NCBI GenBank assembly: GCA_963827235.1
Contig: CAWHAE010000014.1
Span: forward strand, 256,001 to 320,000
From: an uncultured bacterium
Lineage (GTDB): Bacteria > Chloroflexota > UBA5177 > JANWHV01
DNA length: 64,000 nt
Reading direction: 5' to 3'
Below are positions 54,391-64,000 of the stretch, one piece after another (the stretch's first letter is position 1; every line of letters starts with the position of its first letter). Made by a program: the position numbers and the translations under genes. The notes under the pieces are model-generated. The model made no database searches, was not told where the DNA came from, and saw nothing but the letters and a program-made list of their open reading frames with translations.

Positions 54391-56337
54391 TCAGGACGCC
54401 ATGCCAGCTGCAACCGGTGTTGATGGCTCCTCTTCCAGGTCGGCACCACGGAACTGACTGTTGTAGAGGTCGGCATAGAAGCCGCCCTTCTGCAGCAGCT
54501 CAAGGTGTGTGCCCTGCTCGACGATCGAGCCATGGTTCATGACCAGTATGAGATCGGCGTCACGAATCGTCGACAGCCGGTGAGCGATCACGAAGCTGGT
54601 ACGACCATGCATGAGCGCCGTCATCGCCTTCTGGATTAACACTTCGGTGCGAGAGTCCACGCTGCTTGTCGCTTCATCGAGAATGAGCACCGCGGGGTCG
54701 GCCAGGATGGCACGGGCAATGGTGAGGAGCTGCTTCTGTCCCTGCGAGATATTCGACGCCTCTTCATTGATCACCGTGTTGTAGCCCTCCGGCAGCGTAC
54801 GGATAAAGTGGTCCGCATGCGCCGCCTTAGCAGCGCGCACGATGTCCTGTTCCGTGGCCCCTGCCCGGCCGTAGGCGATGTTCTCGCGTATCGTGCCGTT
54901 GAACAACCAGGTATCCTGCAGCACCATGCCGAAGAGGCCGCGCAGAGCGCCGCGGCGGATGTGGCGAATATCGAGGCCGTCGATCAGGATGTGGCCCTTG
55001 TTCACCTCGTAGAAGCGCATGAGCAGATTCACCAGCGTCGTCTTGCCCGCCCCGGTCGGCCCGACCACGGCGATCGACTGGCCGCGCTTCACGTCGATGT
55101 TCATGTCTACGATTAGGGGAGCACCCTCGACGTAGCTGAAGTCCACGTGGTCAAACACTACCTCGCCGCGCGGCGCCTCGAGCACGACCGCATCCGCAGC
55201 GTCGGCGATCTCCTCCGCCTCGTCCAGCAACTCGAACACGCGCTCCGCCGACGCCACGGTCGACTGGATAATATTGGCAATGTTGGCAGTCTGGATGATC
55301 GGCTGCGTGAACTGCTGCGAGTACTGGATGAACGCCTGCACGTCGCCGATCGAGATGCGCTTCTGGGTCACAAACACGCCGCCTACCACGCAGATGATCA
55401 CGTAGCCGAGATTGCTGACGAAGTTCATCAACGGCATCAGGATGCCGGAAACAAACTGTGCCCGCCATGCCGCGCCGAACAAGCGATCGTTGATCTCCTC
55501 GAACTCGCGAATCGAGTCCTCCTCGCGACCGAACGCTTTCACGATTGTGTGGCCGGTGTACATCTCCTCCACGTGGCCGTTCAGCTCGCCAAGACTCTTC
55601 TGCTGGGCGGCAAAGTAGCGCTGTGAGCGGCGCGCGGTCAACGCCGTCACGCCCACGTAAATCGGCATGGTGACCAGCACGATGAGGGTCAGCAGCGGGC
55701 TGATCGAGAGCATCATGATCACGATGCCGATGATCGTCACGATGGACGTGATGAGCTGCGTCAGGCTCTGCTGTAGCGTGCCGGCCACGTTGTCGATGTC
55801 GTTCGTGACGCGGCTGAGAACCTCGCCGTGCGTGCGCGAGTCAAAGAACTTGAGCGGCAGCCGGGCCAGCTTCTCGCTCACGTCCCGCCGCATGTCGTTG
55901 ACGATGTGCTGCGCCACCCCGGCCATGACGTACTGCTGGATGTAGTTGAACAGCGCGCTGACCGCGTAGAGCGCGATCAGGATGAAGACGATGCGCTCCA
56001 GGTAGCCGAAGTCCAGGCTGGGGATCGGCCGGCCTGCCTTGAACGCGGCCAGCTTGGCCAGCAGGCCCTCGACGATTTTCGTCGTCGCCTGCCCCATGAT
56101 CTTCGGGCCGGCGATATTGAACAGGGTGCTGACGATTGCGCAGCAAAACACTGCCACGAACTTCGCGCTGTACGGGCGCACGTACCGCAACAGCCGGCGC
56201 AGGGAACCGCGAAAGTCGCGGGCCTTCTCGACTGGTCTGCCGAGGGCGCCCATTGGTCCGCCCCCGTGCACGTTTCCACCTGGTCGTCCCGGTCCTCCGG
56301 GACCTCCACCGGGCCGGCCGCCGCCCCGATTCATCAT
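54391..56337 (-). CDS. ABC exporter, fused permease/ATPase (heterodimer subunit)
   Basis: GPTGAGKT, ISQGQKQ, LDEATS, AHRLST. Confidence 0.94.
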   Translation of the reverse strand: MMNRGGGRPGGGPGGPGRPGGNVHGGGPMGALGRPVEKARDFRGSLRRLLRYVRPYSAKFVAVFCCAIVSTLFNIAGPKIMGQATTKIVEGLLAKLAAFKAGRPIPSLDFGYLERIVFILIALYAVSALFNYIQQYVMAGVAQHIVNDMRRDVSEKLARLPLKFFDSRTHGEVLSRVTNDIDNVAGTLQQSLTQLITSIVTIIGIVIMMLSISPLLTLIVLVTMPIYVGVTALTARRSQRYFAAQQKSLGELNGHVEEMYTGHTIVKAFGREEDSIREFEEINDRLFGAAWRAQFVSGILMPLMNFVSNLGYVIICVVGGVFVTQKRISIGDVQAFIQYSQQFTQPIIQTANIANIIQSTVASAERVFELLDEAEEIADAADAVVLEAPRGEVVFDHVDFSYVEGAPLIVDMNIDVKRGQSIAVVGPTGAGKTTLVNLLMRFYEVNKGHILIDGLDIRHIRRGALRGLFGMVLQDTWLFNGTIRENIAYGRAGATEQDIVRAAKAAHADHFIRTLPEGYNTVINEEASNISQGQKQLLTIARAILADPAVLILDEATSSVDSRTEVLIQKAMTALMHGRTSFVIAHRLSTIRDADLILVMNHGSIVEQGTHLELLQKGGFYADLYNSQFRGADLEEEPSTPVAAGMAS

Positions 56338-58061
56338 GCAACTTCCTCCTCGGACAGCTGCGACGACACGATCTCCCGGTACACCTCACAGCCTGTCAGC
56401 AGCTCGCGGTGCGTGCCGATCCCGGCCACGCCGCCGTCTTCCAGCACGATGATGCGGTCGGCGTCTATCACAGTGGCCACACGCTGCGCCACGATCAGCA
56501 CCGTCGAATTGCTTATCTCCTTCTTCAGTGCCGCGCGCAGCCGCGCATCGGTCTTGAAGTCCAGCGCCGAGAAGCTATCGTCGAATACATATATCTCCGG
56601 CAAGCGGGCGAGCGCACGGGCAATCGAGATGCGCTGCTTCTGGCCGCCCGACACGTTCGTGCCGCCCTGCGCGATGGTCGCTTCCAAGCCGCCCTCCATT
56701 GAGAGCACGAAATCGCGTGCCTGCGCCACCTGCACGGCGCGCATCACGTCGCTTTCGCTCGCCGCGGGACTGCCGTAGCGTACATTACCCTCGATGGTGC
56801 CGGAGAAGAGTACGGCCTTCTGAGGCACGAACCCGATTTTGTGCCGCAAGTAGCTCTGGCTCATCTGGCGCACGTCCACGCCGTCGACCAGCACCCGGCC
56901 GGAGTCGACGTCGTAGAAACGTGGGATGAGATTGACCAGCGTGGACTTGCCTGAGCCCGTGCTGCCTACGATAGCCGTGATCTCTCCGGGTTCCGCCGAA
57001 AACGAGATGTGGCTCAGGGCAGGCTGTTCGGCACCCGGGTAGCTGAAGGTCACGTCATCGAACTCCACGAATCCGTGCTCCTTCTCCGCCTTCACCGGCT
57101 CAGTGGGATCGTTGATCTCTGGCACCGTGTCGAGAACCTCGTTAATGCGTGCAGCTGACGCGGCGCCGCGGGGCACCATGACAAACATGAAGGAGAACAT
57201 CAGGAACGCGAACATAATCTGCATCGCGTACTGGATGAACGCCATCAGCGATCCAACTTCCATGTCCCCATCGTTGATGCGCACGGCGCCGAACCAGATT
57301 ACGGCCAGAGCCGTGAAGTTCATGATCAGCATCAGGGCAGGCATCATGTACGCCATGATGCGGTTGACGCGAATGGCGTTGTCCATCAAGTCGTCATTCG
57401 CCCCGGCAAAGCGCTTCTGCTCCTGCTCAACCCTGTTGAATGCCCGAATCACCCGGATACCAATGAGCTGCTCGCGCAGCACCAGGCTGAGCTTGTCGAT
57501 CTTGATCTGCATGAGCTTGAAGAGCGGCATGCTCTTGCGCGCTATCAGCGTGATGAACACGATGAGCACAGGCACCGACACCGCGAGCACGAGAGTGAGC
57601 GGGCGATCCAGTGAAACGGCCATGATAATGCCGCCGATACACATCATCGGCGCGCCCAACATCAGGCGCATCATAATCAAGGTCACCATCTGCACCTGGG
57701 TGACGTCGTTGGTCGACCGCGTGATCAGCGTCGCCGTGCCAAACTTGTCGATCTCGTGCAGTGAGAAGCTCTCCACGCGCCGGAATATCTTCGAGCGCAG
57801 GATCTGCCCGAAAGCCATCGACGTGCGGGCGGACAGGAAGCTTGCGGCCACCGAGCACACCGTGCCTCCGGCCGCCACTCCCAGCATGGCAGCGCCGATC
57901 CTCATGATGTAGTGCACGTCGTCATGCAGTATTCCGGTGTCGACAATATCCGACATCAAGGTCGGTAGATAGAGGTTGGACAACGACTGCAAGAAGACGA
58001 GCACCAGGATAGCGAATAGTGACAGTCTGAAGGGAGACAGAAACCGATAGAGCTTGATCAT
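56334..58061 (-). CDS. ABC exporter, fused permease/ATPase (degenerate-site subunit)
   Basis: GSTGSGKS, VSGGQKQR, FDDSFS, AQRV. Confidence 0.94.
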   Translation of the reverse strand: MIKLYRFLSPFRLSLFAILVLVFLQSLSNLYLPTLMSDIVDTGILHDDVHYIMRIGAAMLGVAAGGTVCSVAASFLSARTSMAFGQILRSKIFRRVESFSLHEIDKFGTATLITRSTNDVTQVQMVTLIMMRLMLGAPMMCIGGIIMAVSLDRPLTLVLAVSVPVLIVFITLIARKSMPLFKLMQIKIDKLSLVLREQLIGIRVIRAFNRVEQEQKRFAGANDDLMDNAIRVNRIMAYMMPALMLIMNFTALAVIWFGAVRINDGDMEVGSLMAFIQYAMQIMFAFLMFSFMFVMVPRGAASAARINEVLDTVPEINDPTEPVKAEKEHGFVEFDDVTFSYPGAEQPALSHISFSAEPGEITAIVGSTGSGKSTLVNLIPRFYDVDSGRVLVDGVDVRQMSQSYLRHKIGFVPQKAVLFSGTIEGNVRYGSPAASESDVMRAVQVAQARDFVLSMEGGLEATIAQGGTNVSGGQKQRISIARALARLPEIYVFDDSFSALDFKTDARLRAALKKEISNSTVLIVAQRVATVIDADRIIVLEDGGVAGIGTHRELLTGCEVYREIVSSQLSEEEVA

Positions 58062-58294
58062 GAACGGCCGGCTCCATCTCTAGGTCCGCTCCGCAAGAGC
58101 GACCGGCAGGTTCTCATTCGGGAGGCTGTTGCTTTCAAAAGTGTAGCTACTGCTCATGCTCAGCGCCAACCGCCGAAACTATCAAATTGGGAACAGATCG
58201 GGATGCGTGTCGCGACCCTATCATACATACGACGCGAGAACAGGGTGGTGCCGCAGCTGCGCGGCATCACGTGACAGTCAAGGGGAGAGCGCAC

Positions 58295-60118
58295 ATGGCG
58301 GCTCCGCGACTCCAGAGCGCAGACGGTGTGGCATTCAGGGACTGCAACAAGAACGGCAAGCTTGATCCCTTTGAGGATCCGCGACTTTCCTGGCAGGAGA
58401 GGATCGACGACCTTCTCCCCCGCATGACGCTCGAAGAGAAGGCGGGCCTGATGTTCCAGCCTGGTGCCTTACTGAGCCGGGATGGCGCGCTCACGGAAAC
58501 CTCGTCGCGCGGCAGACCCTCCACGGCAGAGCTGATCGTGACCGGCCACCTCAGCCACTTCAACATATGGGAAGCGCCGAGCCCGCGCCGACTGGCGGAA
58601 TGGCACAACCGCGTGCAGGCTGTGGCCGAGCGCACTCGCCTGGGCATCCCGGTCACGATATCCTCGGATCCCCGGCACGGCTTCATCAGCAACATGGCAA
58701 CGTCGGCCGCGGCGTCCGACTTCTCCCAATGGCCGGAGCCCATCGGACTGGCGGCAATCGGCGACCCTGCGTTGGTCGAGCAGTTCGCGGACATTGCCCG
58801 CCGCGAGTACCTGGCGGTAGGCATCCGCACGGCGCTTCACCCAATGGCCGATCTGGCGACGGAGCCTCGCTGGGCAAGGATTAGCGGCACGTTCGGCGAG
58901 GACGCGGAGCTCGCCTCGCGTTTGGTGGGAGCGTACATTCGCGGATTCCAGGGGGCGTCGCTTGGGCCGGACAGCGTCGCCTGCATGACCAAGCATTTTC
59001 CGGGCGGCGGTCCGCAGAAGGACGGTGAGGATCCCCACTTCGCGTATGGCCGCGAGCAGGTCTATCCCGGCAGCAACTTTGACTACCATCTCAAGCCATT
59101 TGAGGCGGCCTTTGCCTCCGGCACGGCGATGATCATGCCGTACTACGGAATGCCCGTGGGCTTGCCGTTCGAGGAAGTCGGCTTCGGCTTCAACAAAAGC
59201 GTGATCACCGGTCTGCTGCGCGACAAATACGGCTTCGACGGCGTGGTGTGCACCGACTGGGGACTGTTGACCGACCAGCAGTTCGGCGACCAAACCATGT
59301 TGGCTCGGGCCTGGGGCGTGGAACACCTCGGCCTCGAGGACCGCGTGAAGAAGGTAATAGACTCCGGAGTCGACCAGTTTGGCGGTGAGGCCTGCCCCGA
59401 GGTCGTCGTGTCCCTGGTCCGGGCAGGACAGATAGCAGAAGATCGCATCGACAGGTCCGTGCGTCGCCTGCTTCGAGATAAGTTCCGCCTCGGGTTGTTC
59501 GACCAACCCTACGTAGACCCGGAGGCGGCGGAGCGGATCGTCGGGCAAGCCGAATTTAGGGAGGCGGGCGCTCTGGCCCAGAGGCGGGCGATCGTGCTGC
59601 TCAAGAACCTCGAGCGTCGGGAAGGCGGCCGGATCCTGCCGCTGCGGGACAGGCCAAAGCTGTTCCTGGACAACGTCGATCCTGCCGTCGCGGCGCGATA
59701 CGGTGAGGTGGTGAGTCGAGCGGCCGATGCGGACGTGGCCATCGTGCGTGCCTCGTCGCCCTTCGAGCCTCGCAGCGGCCCGCTGGAGAGCATCTTCCAC
59801 GCCGGCGACCTGAGCTTCACGCCGGAACAGAAAGCACGCCTGCTGATGGTCATGGCCATTGTGCCGACGATCTTCTGCATCACGCTGGATCGCCCGGCGG
59901 TCATTCCCGAGATGGCGGAGGGCTGCGCCGGCTTGATCGCCGACTTCGGTGCGGCCGACGAGGCCGTTCTCGACGTCGTGTTTGGTCGATTCGCTCCCAC
60001 GGGCCATCTGCCCTTCGAGCTGCCATCCAGCATGCAGGCCGTGCGGGACCAGATGCCGGACGTTCCTCACGACTCGGCTCGACCGCTGTTCCCGTTTGGC
60101 TTCGGGCTCTCCTATTGA
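58295..60118 (+). CDS. Glycoside hydrolase family 3 (beta-glucosidase)
   Basis: SSDPRH, MTKHFPG, MPYY, VCTDW. Confidence 0.9.
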   Translation: MAAPRLQSADGVAFRDCNKNGKLDPFEDPRLSWQERIDDLLPRMTLEEKAGLMFQPGALLSRDGALTETSSRGRPSTAELIVTGHLSHFNIWEAPSPRRLAEWHNRVQAVAERTRLGIPVTISSDPRHGFISNMATSAAASDFSQWPEPIGLAAIGDPALVEQFADIARREYLAVGIRTALHPMADLATEPRWARISGTFGEDAELASRLVGAYIRGFQGASLGPDSVACMTKHFPGGGPQKDGEDPHFAYGREQVYPGSNFDYHLKPFEAAFASGTAMIMPYYGMPVGLPFEEVGFGFNKSVITGLLRDKYGFDGVVCTDWGLLTDQQFGDQTMLARAWGVEHLGLEDRVKKVIDSGVDQFGGEACPEVVVSLVRAGQIAEDRIDRSVRRLLRDKFRLGLFDQPYVDPEAAERIVGQAEFREAGALAQRRAIVLLKNLERREGGRILPLRDRPKLFLDNVDPAVAARYGEVVSRAADADVAIVRASSPFEPRSGPLESIFHAGDLSFTPEQKARLLMVMAIVPTIFCITLDRPAVIPEMAEGCAGLIADFGAADEAVLDVVFGRFAPTGHLPFELPSSMQAVRDQMPDVPHDSARPLFPFGFGLSY

Positions 60119-60202
60119 GCCGAGAGGCCACGCGTTACCGGGTCGCCGGGCGGAAACAGGCCTGTGCGTCGGTTCCTCGTGGCGGCGTTCCGGTGCGGAA
60201 AG

Positions 60203-60745
60203 CTAGGCGCGTGGCTTACCGCTGCCGCGTCGCAGGTAACCGCGCGTAAGGGCCTCGTCGATTCGAGGCTTATCGTAGAGTGCCTCGAGGCGCTGGACGT
60301 CGCCGCCGATGCTAAGAGAGGCATAGGACACGAGTATGCCTTTGCTGAGCTCGATCAAGCGGACGCCGGTGACGCGTACCTCGTCGAGCTCGAAGCCTAG
60401 CGACCGAAAGAAATCCTCATAGCCCGTGGGACAGAGAGGAGGGGTTCTGACGGGAAGCACCGCAGAGCCACGCAGCCGCTCGTGTGTCACTATCAGCGAG
60501 ACAATGTCGCCGAAAGGCAGGTCGATGCCTTCTGCCCTGAGATTGCCCTCCTCGCCAAAGACACGGAGAATGAATCCTTCCTCGGTCTCGACCAGCGTGA
60601 TGTGTCGAAAGACGTGGTGATCCAGGTAGCGGCCAATGGCTCGCAGAGACCCCTGATAGGTTGGGCGTTCCAGTTGTCGCATCACGGCACCAGCTTTCGC
60701 GAGCCCACCGTGTCGAGAGTACTTTGATTCTACTCTCTGGACCAC
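60203..60745 (-). CDS. Hypothetical protein with an internal domain duplication (start may be 60682)
   Basis: YQGSLRAIGRYLD..ITLVETEEG / YEDFFRSLGFELD..VRLIELSKG. Confidence 0.65.
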   Translation of the reverse strand: MVQRVESKYSRHGGLAKAGAVMRQLERPTYQGSLRAIGRYLDHHVFRHITLVETEEGFILRVFGEEGNLRAEGIDLPFGDIVSLIVTHERLRGSAVLPVRTPPLCPTGYEDFFRSLGFELDEVRVTGVRLIELSKGILVSYASLSIGGDVQRLEALYDKPRIDEALTRGYLRRGSGKPRA

Positions 60746-61013
60746 TCGCCATGGATGGACGCTCTAGTGTTGCAAATCGCGTGCGGCAACGTGTATGGTC
60801 GAGTCGGTGGTATTGCCGCCGGACTCGTACGGCCCTGCGCCTAGCTAGGTTGCGTGCGCGGGGCCCTTCAGACCTGGTAACCCCGGGTCCGTACCGGCGC
60901 GTGTACGAGAGGGCGCACACTCGGCCGGGCAGCAGCTCCCAAGTCAGTGCAGCTGGTGCCGGGCGGTGGCGAGTTCGATGTAGAAACAAGCAGAGTGAAG
61001 GAAGAGTGCGGTC

Positions 61014-61544
61014 GTGGATGAGTTCGTGCAGAAAGTATACGCCGTGTTGTCGACCACTCCGCTCCGCTGGATGTCGCTGACAGCCACGCTACCAGTGGAC
61101 GTTCTGACCCGCGCACCGGCACCTGGTGAATGGTCGGCCGTGGAATGCCTGCAGCATCTCCTGGACACCGAGCGAATGGTCTTCCCCGTGCGCGTACGCG
61201 CCTTTCTTTCCGGCCAGGACCTGGTGGACTTTGACGCCGACGCGCAGCATCACGACACGACCGCGGTCTCCCCAGCGCTCCTGGCGGCGCAGCTCGCCGC
61301 CACGCGGCAGGAGAGTCTCGCTCTGCTGGCAACGGTTCGCACCACCGACCTGATGAGAACCACCACACACAGCGAGCTCGGACCGGTCACCCTGCAGCAG
61401 ATGCTCAACGAATGGGCGGCGCACGACCTCATGCACACTGTGCAGGCCGAGCGCAGCATCATGCAGCCGTTCATTGCCCAGTGCGGGCCCTGGCGCGAGT
61501 TCTTCCACGACCACGACGCGGCCGTCGACTCACCAGAAAGGTGA
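61014..61544 (+). CDS. DinB family protein
   Basis: WSAVECLQHL, AAHDLMH. Confidence 0.85.
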   Translation: MDEFVQKVYAVLSTTPLRWMSLTATLPVDVLTRAPAPGEWSAVECLQHLLDTERMVFPVRVRAFLSGQDLVDFDADAQHHDTTAVSPALLAAQLAATRQESLALLATVRTTDLMRTTTHSELGPVTLQQMLNEWAAHDLMHTVQAERSIMQPFIAQCGPWREFFHDHDAAVDSPER

Positions 61545-62236
61545 TAGCAGTGCTGCGAGTGACCTCGTCTCTCGAGCCGGGTGATACCCGGCGCCGTGCC
61601 GCGGTACGGGCCGGCGTGATCATCGAGGTCGTCACCGTCAGTTGGATGACCGTCGAAGCCGCGGTGGCGATAGCTGCAGGCCTGCTTGCGCGGAGCGTGC
61701 TTCTCACCACCTTCGGACTGGACAGCGTGATCGAGCTGGTCACCGGCGGCGTGCTCCTCTGGCGCCTGGTCGTCGAGACGCGAGGAAGCGCGCTTACCGG
61801 CGTGGAGCGTGCGGAGAAGCGATCTGCATGGCTCACCGGAATCGCTCTCGCCCTGCTCTGTCTCTACGTCGCGATCAGTGCCGCGGCCGCCCTGGTCTCA
61901 CACGCGGAACCGAGCCATTCAATCGCGGGAATAGCGCTCGCTTGCCTTGCCGTGGTGGCCATGCCGCTTCTGGCAAGGCGCAAGCGCGCGATCGCCGGCC
62001 AGATCGGCAGCGCCGCGCTGCGAGGCGACGCTGCTTGCTCCATCACCTGCGCATACCTGGCAGCTACCCTTCTCGTCGGCCTTGGGCTCAATGCCGCTTT
62101 CGGTTGGGGCTGGGCCGACCCCGTGGCGGCGCTTGCCCTCCTCTACTGGCTGCAGCGCGAGGCACGCGGGGCCATCGAAGGCGCTCGATCAAACAGCGGC
62201 GGCTGTGGATGCGGGGACGCATCCCGCCGAGGCTGA
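61541..62236 (+). CDS. Cation-efflux (CDF-like) membrane protein
   Basis: FGLDSVIE, ALRGDA, GWADP. Confidence 0.8.
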   Translation: MIAVLRVTSSLEPGDTRRRAAVRAGVIIEVVTVSWMTVEAAVAIAAGLLARSVLLTTFGLDSVIELVTGGVLLWRLVVETRGSALTGVERAEKRSAWLTGIALALLCLYVAISAAAALVSHAEPSHSIAGIALACLAVVAMPLLARRKRAIAGQIGSAALRGDAACSITCAYLAATLLVGLGLNAAFGWGWADPVAALALLYWLQREARGAIEGARSNSGGCGCGDASRRG

Positions 62237-62301
62237 TCTGCCGGCACACCAGGGAGCCTCGGAAACCCAGGGACTGAACCTGCGAAGGTGCTGATCGCTC
62301 G

Positions 62302-64000
62302 TCACAAATCCAAGACTTCGGTGATCGAGACGACGCCCGCGGCAGATCCTTCGAGGCTGATGTTGGGCACCAATCGATCCAGCCATCGTGGGAACCACCA
62401 GCTCTTCTCGCCAAGGAGCTGGAGCAGGGACGGCACCACGAAAAGGCGAATGACCAGCGCATCGACCAGAATGGCAGCGCCCAGACCAAGGCCGACCTCC
62501 TTTATCGTGCGAAGATCTCCGAAGGAGAAGCTGATGAACACCGAGCCCATGATCAATGCCGCCGCCACGATCAATCGCGTTGTCAGTGCCAGCCCATTCT
62601 CTACAGCCTTGGCGTTGTGACGGCCGTTCAGATGTTCCTCGTGCATGCGGCTCACCAGGAACACCTGGTAATCCATCGACAGGCCAAATAGGATCGAGAA
62701 CAGCGCCACTGGCAGGAACGACTCGATCGGCCCAGTGCGGCTGACGCCGATCAGGCCGTCGAACCAGCCCCACTGGAAGACGGCAACGAGCACGCCCAAG
62801 GCCACACCAATCGAGAGGATGTTCATCAGCGCCGCGATCAGCGGTATGAGCAGCGAGCGAAAGACTGCCATCAGAATCAGGAAGCCCAGGGCGATCACCA
62901 CCGTGAAGAAGAGGAGCATGTCGGAGGAGATCTTGCTACCCACGTCGATGAACGTCGCCGTCGCCCCGCCCACGTGAACCGTGGCATCGGCGCCACCCAA
63001 GGCCGCCGGAAGGCGATCCTTGAGCTGATGGATCAACGTCTTGGTGGCGTCCGACTGGGGCGACGTCGTGGGAATAACTACGATGGTGGCCGCCGTCTTG
63101 GACGGGTTGAAAACCGTGGGCATGATGGCGGCCACACCGGGGATCGTCCTCAGCCGCTGTGGCAACTGTTCGACCGCGCCCAGCGCGCTGGGCGCATTGA
63201 TCGCGGTAGCCAGCAAGATCGGACCGTTTGTCCCCGGGCCGAAGCCCTGGGCGATGAGGTCATAGGCGCGGCGGGTCGTTAAGTACGTCGGATTCGATCC
63301 GGCATCACTTGAGCCGAGATCGATGCTGAAAAAGGGCACGCCGAACGCCGCCACCGCCGCGATAGCGACGATAGCCACCGGGATGGGCCACCGGCGGGAG
63401 AGACCGGCCAGCCGGCGCGCACCACCGCCGTCCCGCTCGATGATGTCGATTCCGGGCAGGTGGAGCGCATCGACGCGGGCGCCGACCAGCGCCAGCAGGG
63501 CAGGAAGCACGGTGTTCGCCACCGCCACGGCAAAGGCCACGGTCAGGGCGGCGGCGATGCCCAAATAGGCGAGAAACGGTATGCCGAACATGGCCAGACC
63601 GAGGATGGCTACGGCAACTGCGGCCCCCGAGAAGACCACAGTGCGGCCTGCCGTGGCCATGGCGATCGCCACCGCGTCGGGAACGGCTCGGCCATGGTGC
63701 AGCTCTGTGCGAAAGCGGGTGACGATCAGCAGGGCGTAGTCGATGCCGACGCCTAGGCCGATCATGACGGTGAAGTCCTGTGTGAAGCTGGACAGCGTGA
63801 GCACGTTGGCCAGCAGCATGATCGTGAAGGAGCCGGCGGCCAGGCCAAGACTCGCGCTTACCATCGGCAGGCCCATGGCGATCACGGAACCGAAGGCCAC
63901 CATCAGCACGACGATCGCGGCCAACCCGCCGTATACCTCGGCACTGCCGAGATTCGGCACATCGGCGGCGCTACCAACCTGGCCGCCGATCTCTACCTGG
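62302..64000 (-). CDS. MMPL/RND family transporter, 5' end outside the window
   Basis: GLGVGIDYAL, GFGPGTNGP, FGLSMDYQVF. Confidence 0.92.
   Translation of the reverse strand, partial: QVEIGGQVGSAADVPNLGSAEVYGGLAAIVVLMVAFGSVIAMGLPMVSASLGLAAGSFTIMLLANVLTLSSFTQDFTVMIGLGVGIDYALLIVTRFRTELHHGRAVPDAVAIAMATAGRTVVFSGAAVAVAILGLAMFGIPFLAYLGIAAALTVAFAVAVANTVLPALLALVGARVDALHLPGIDIIERDGGGARRLAGLSRRWPIPVAIVAIAAVAAFGVPFFSIDLGSSDAGSNPTYLTTRRAYDLIAQGFGPGTNGPILLATAINAPSALGAVEQLPQRLRTIPGVAAIMPTVFNPSKTAATIVVIPTTSPQSDATKTLIHQLKDRLPAALGGADATVHVGGATATFIDVGSKISSDMLLFFTVVIALGFLILMAVFRSLLIPLIAALMNILSIGVALGVLVAVFQWGWFDGLIGVSRTGPIESFLPVALFSILFGLSMDYQVFLVSRMHEEHLNGRHNAKAVENGLALTTRLIVAAALIMGSVFISFSFGDLRTIKEVGLGLGAAILVDALVIRLFVVPSLLQLLGEKSWWFPRWLDRLVPNISLEGSAAGVVSITEVLDL

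Overview
High-GC bacterial chromosome segment, probably Chloroflexota-like (inferred from YFPxxGH/TGH-type repeats in a DD-carboxypeptidase and a tRNA-Arg with a GCG anticodon). Bases 1-24 kb hold a complete L-rhamnose uptake and catabolism cluster: RhaT/P/Q/S ABC transporter, rhaB, rhamnose isomerase, rhaM, rhaD and two DeoR regulators. The cluster also contains a URO-D-like gene, a divergently inserted ino1 and a second, heavily frameshifted sugar operon (PHP-like, aldolase/SrlD-like SDR, SorE-like dehydrogenase, E2, E3, no E1). Next come metB, mdlC, an MFS gene and a decayed island at tRNA-Arg(GCG) with a repeat-fused papain-like protease, an ISAs1 remnant and an integrase remnant. Housekeeping genes follow (mcm, sucD, ligA, two cyclophilins, rpmI-rplT, glyA, rpsT), then an ABC exporter pair, a GH3 and a partial MMPL gene. 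The main finding is that ino1 (9.1 kb) and an ArsR-patA-patA-pimA-pgsA operon (45.8 kb) share a near-identical promoter and double ArsR-type operator (31/38 bp identical). This suggests an ArsR-controlled phosphatidylinositol/PIM-like lipid regulon with two PatA-like acyltransferases. All calls come from reading the sequence; no database searches were run.
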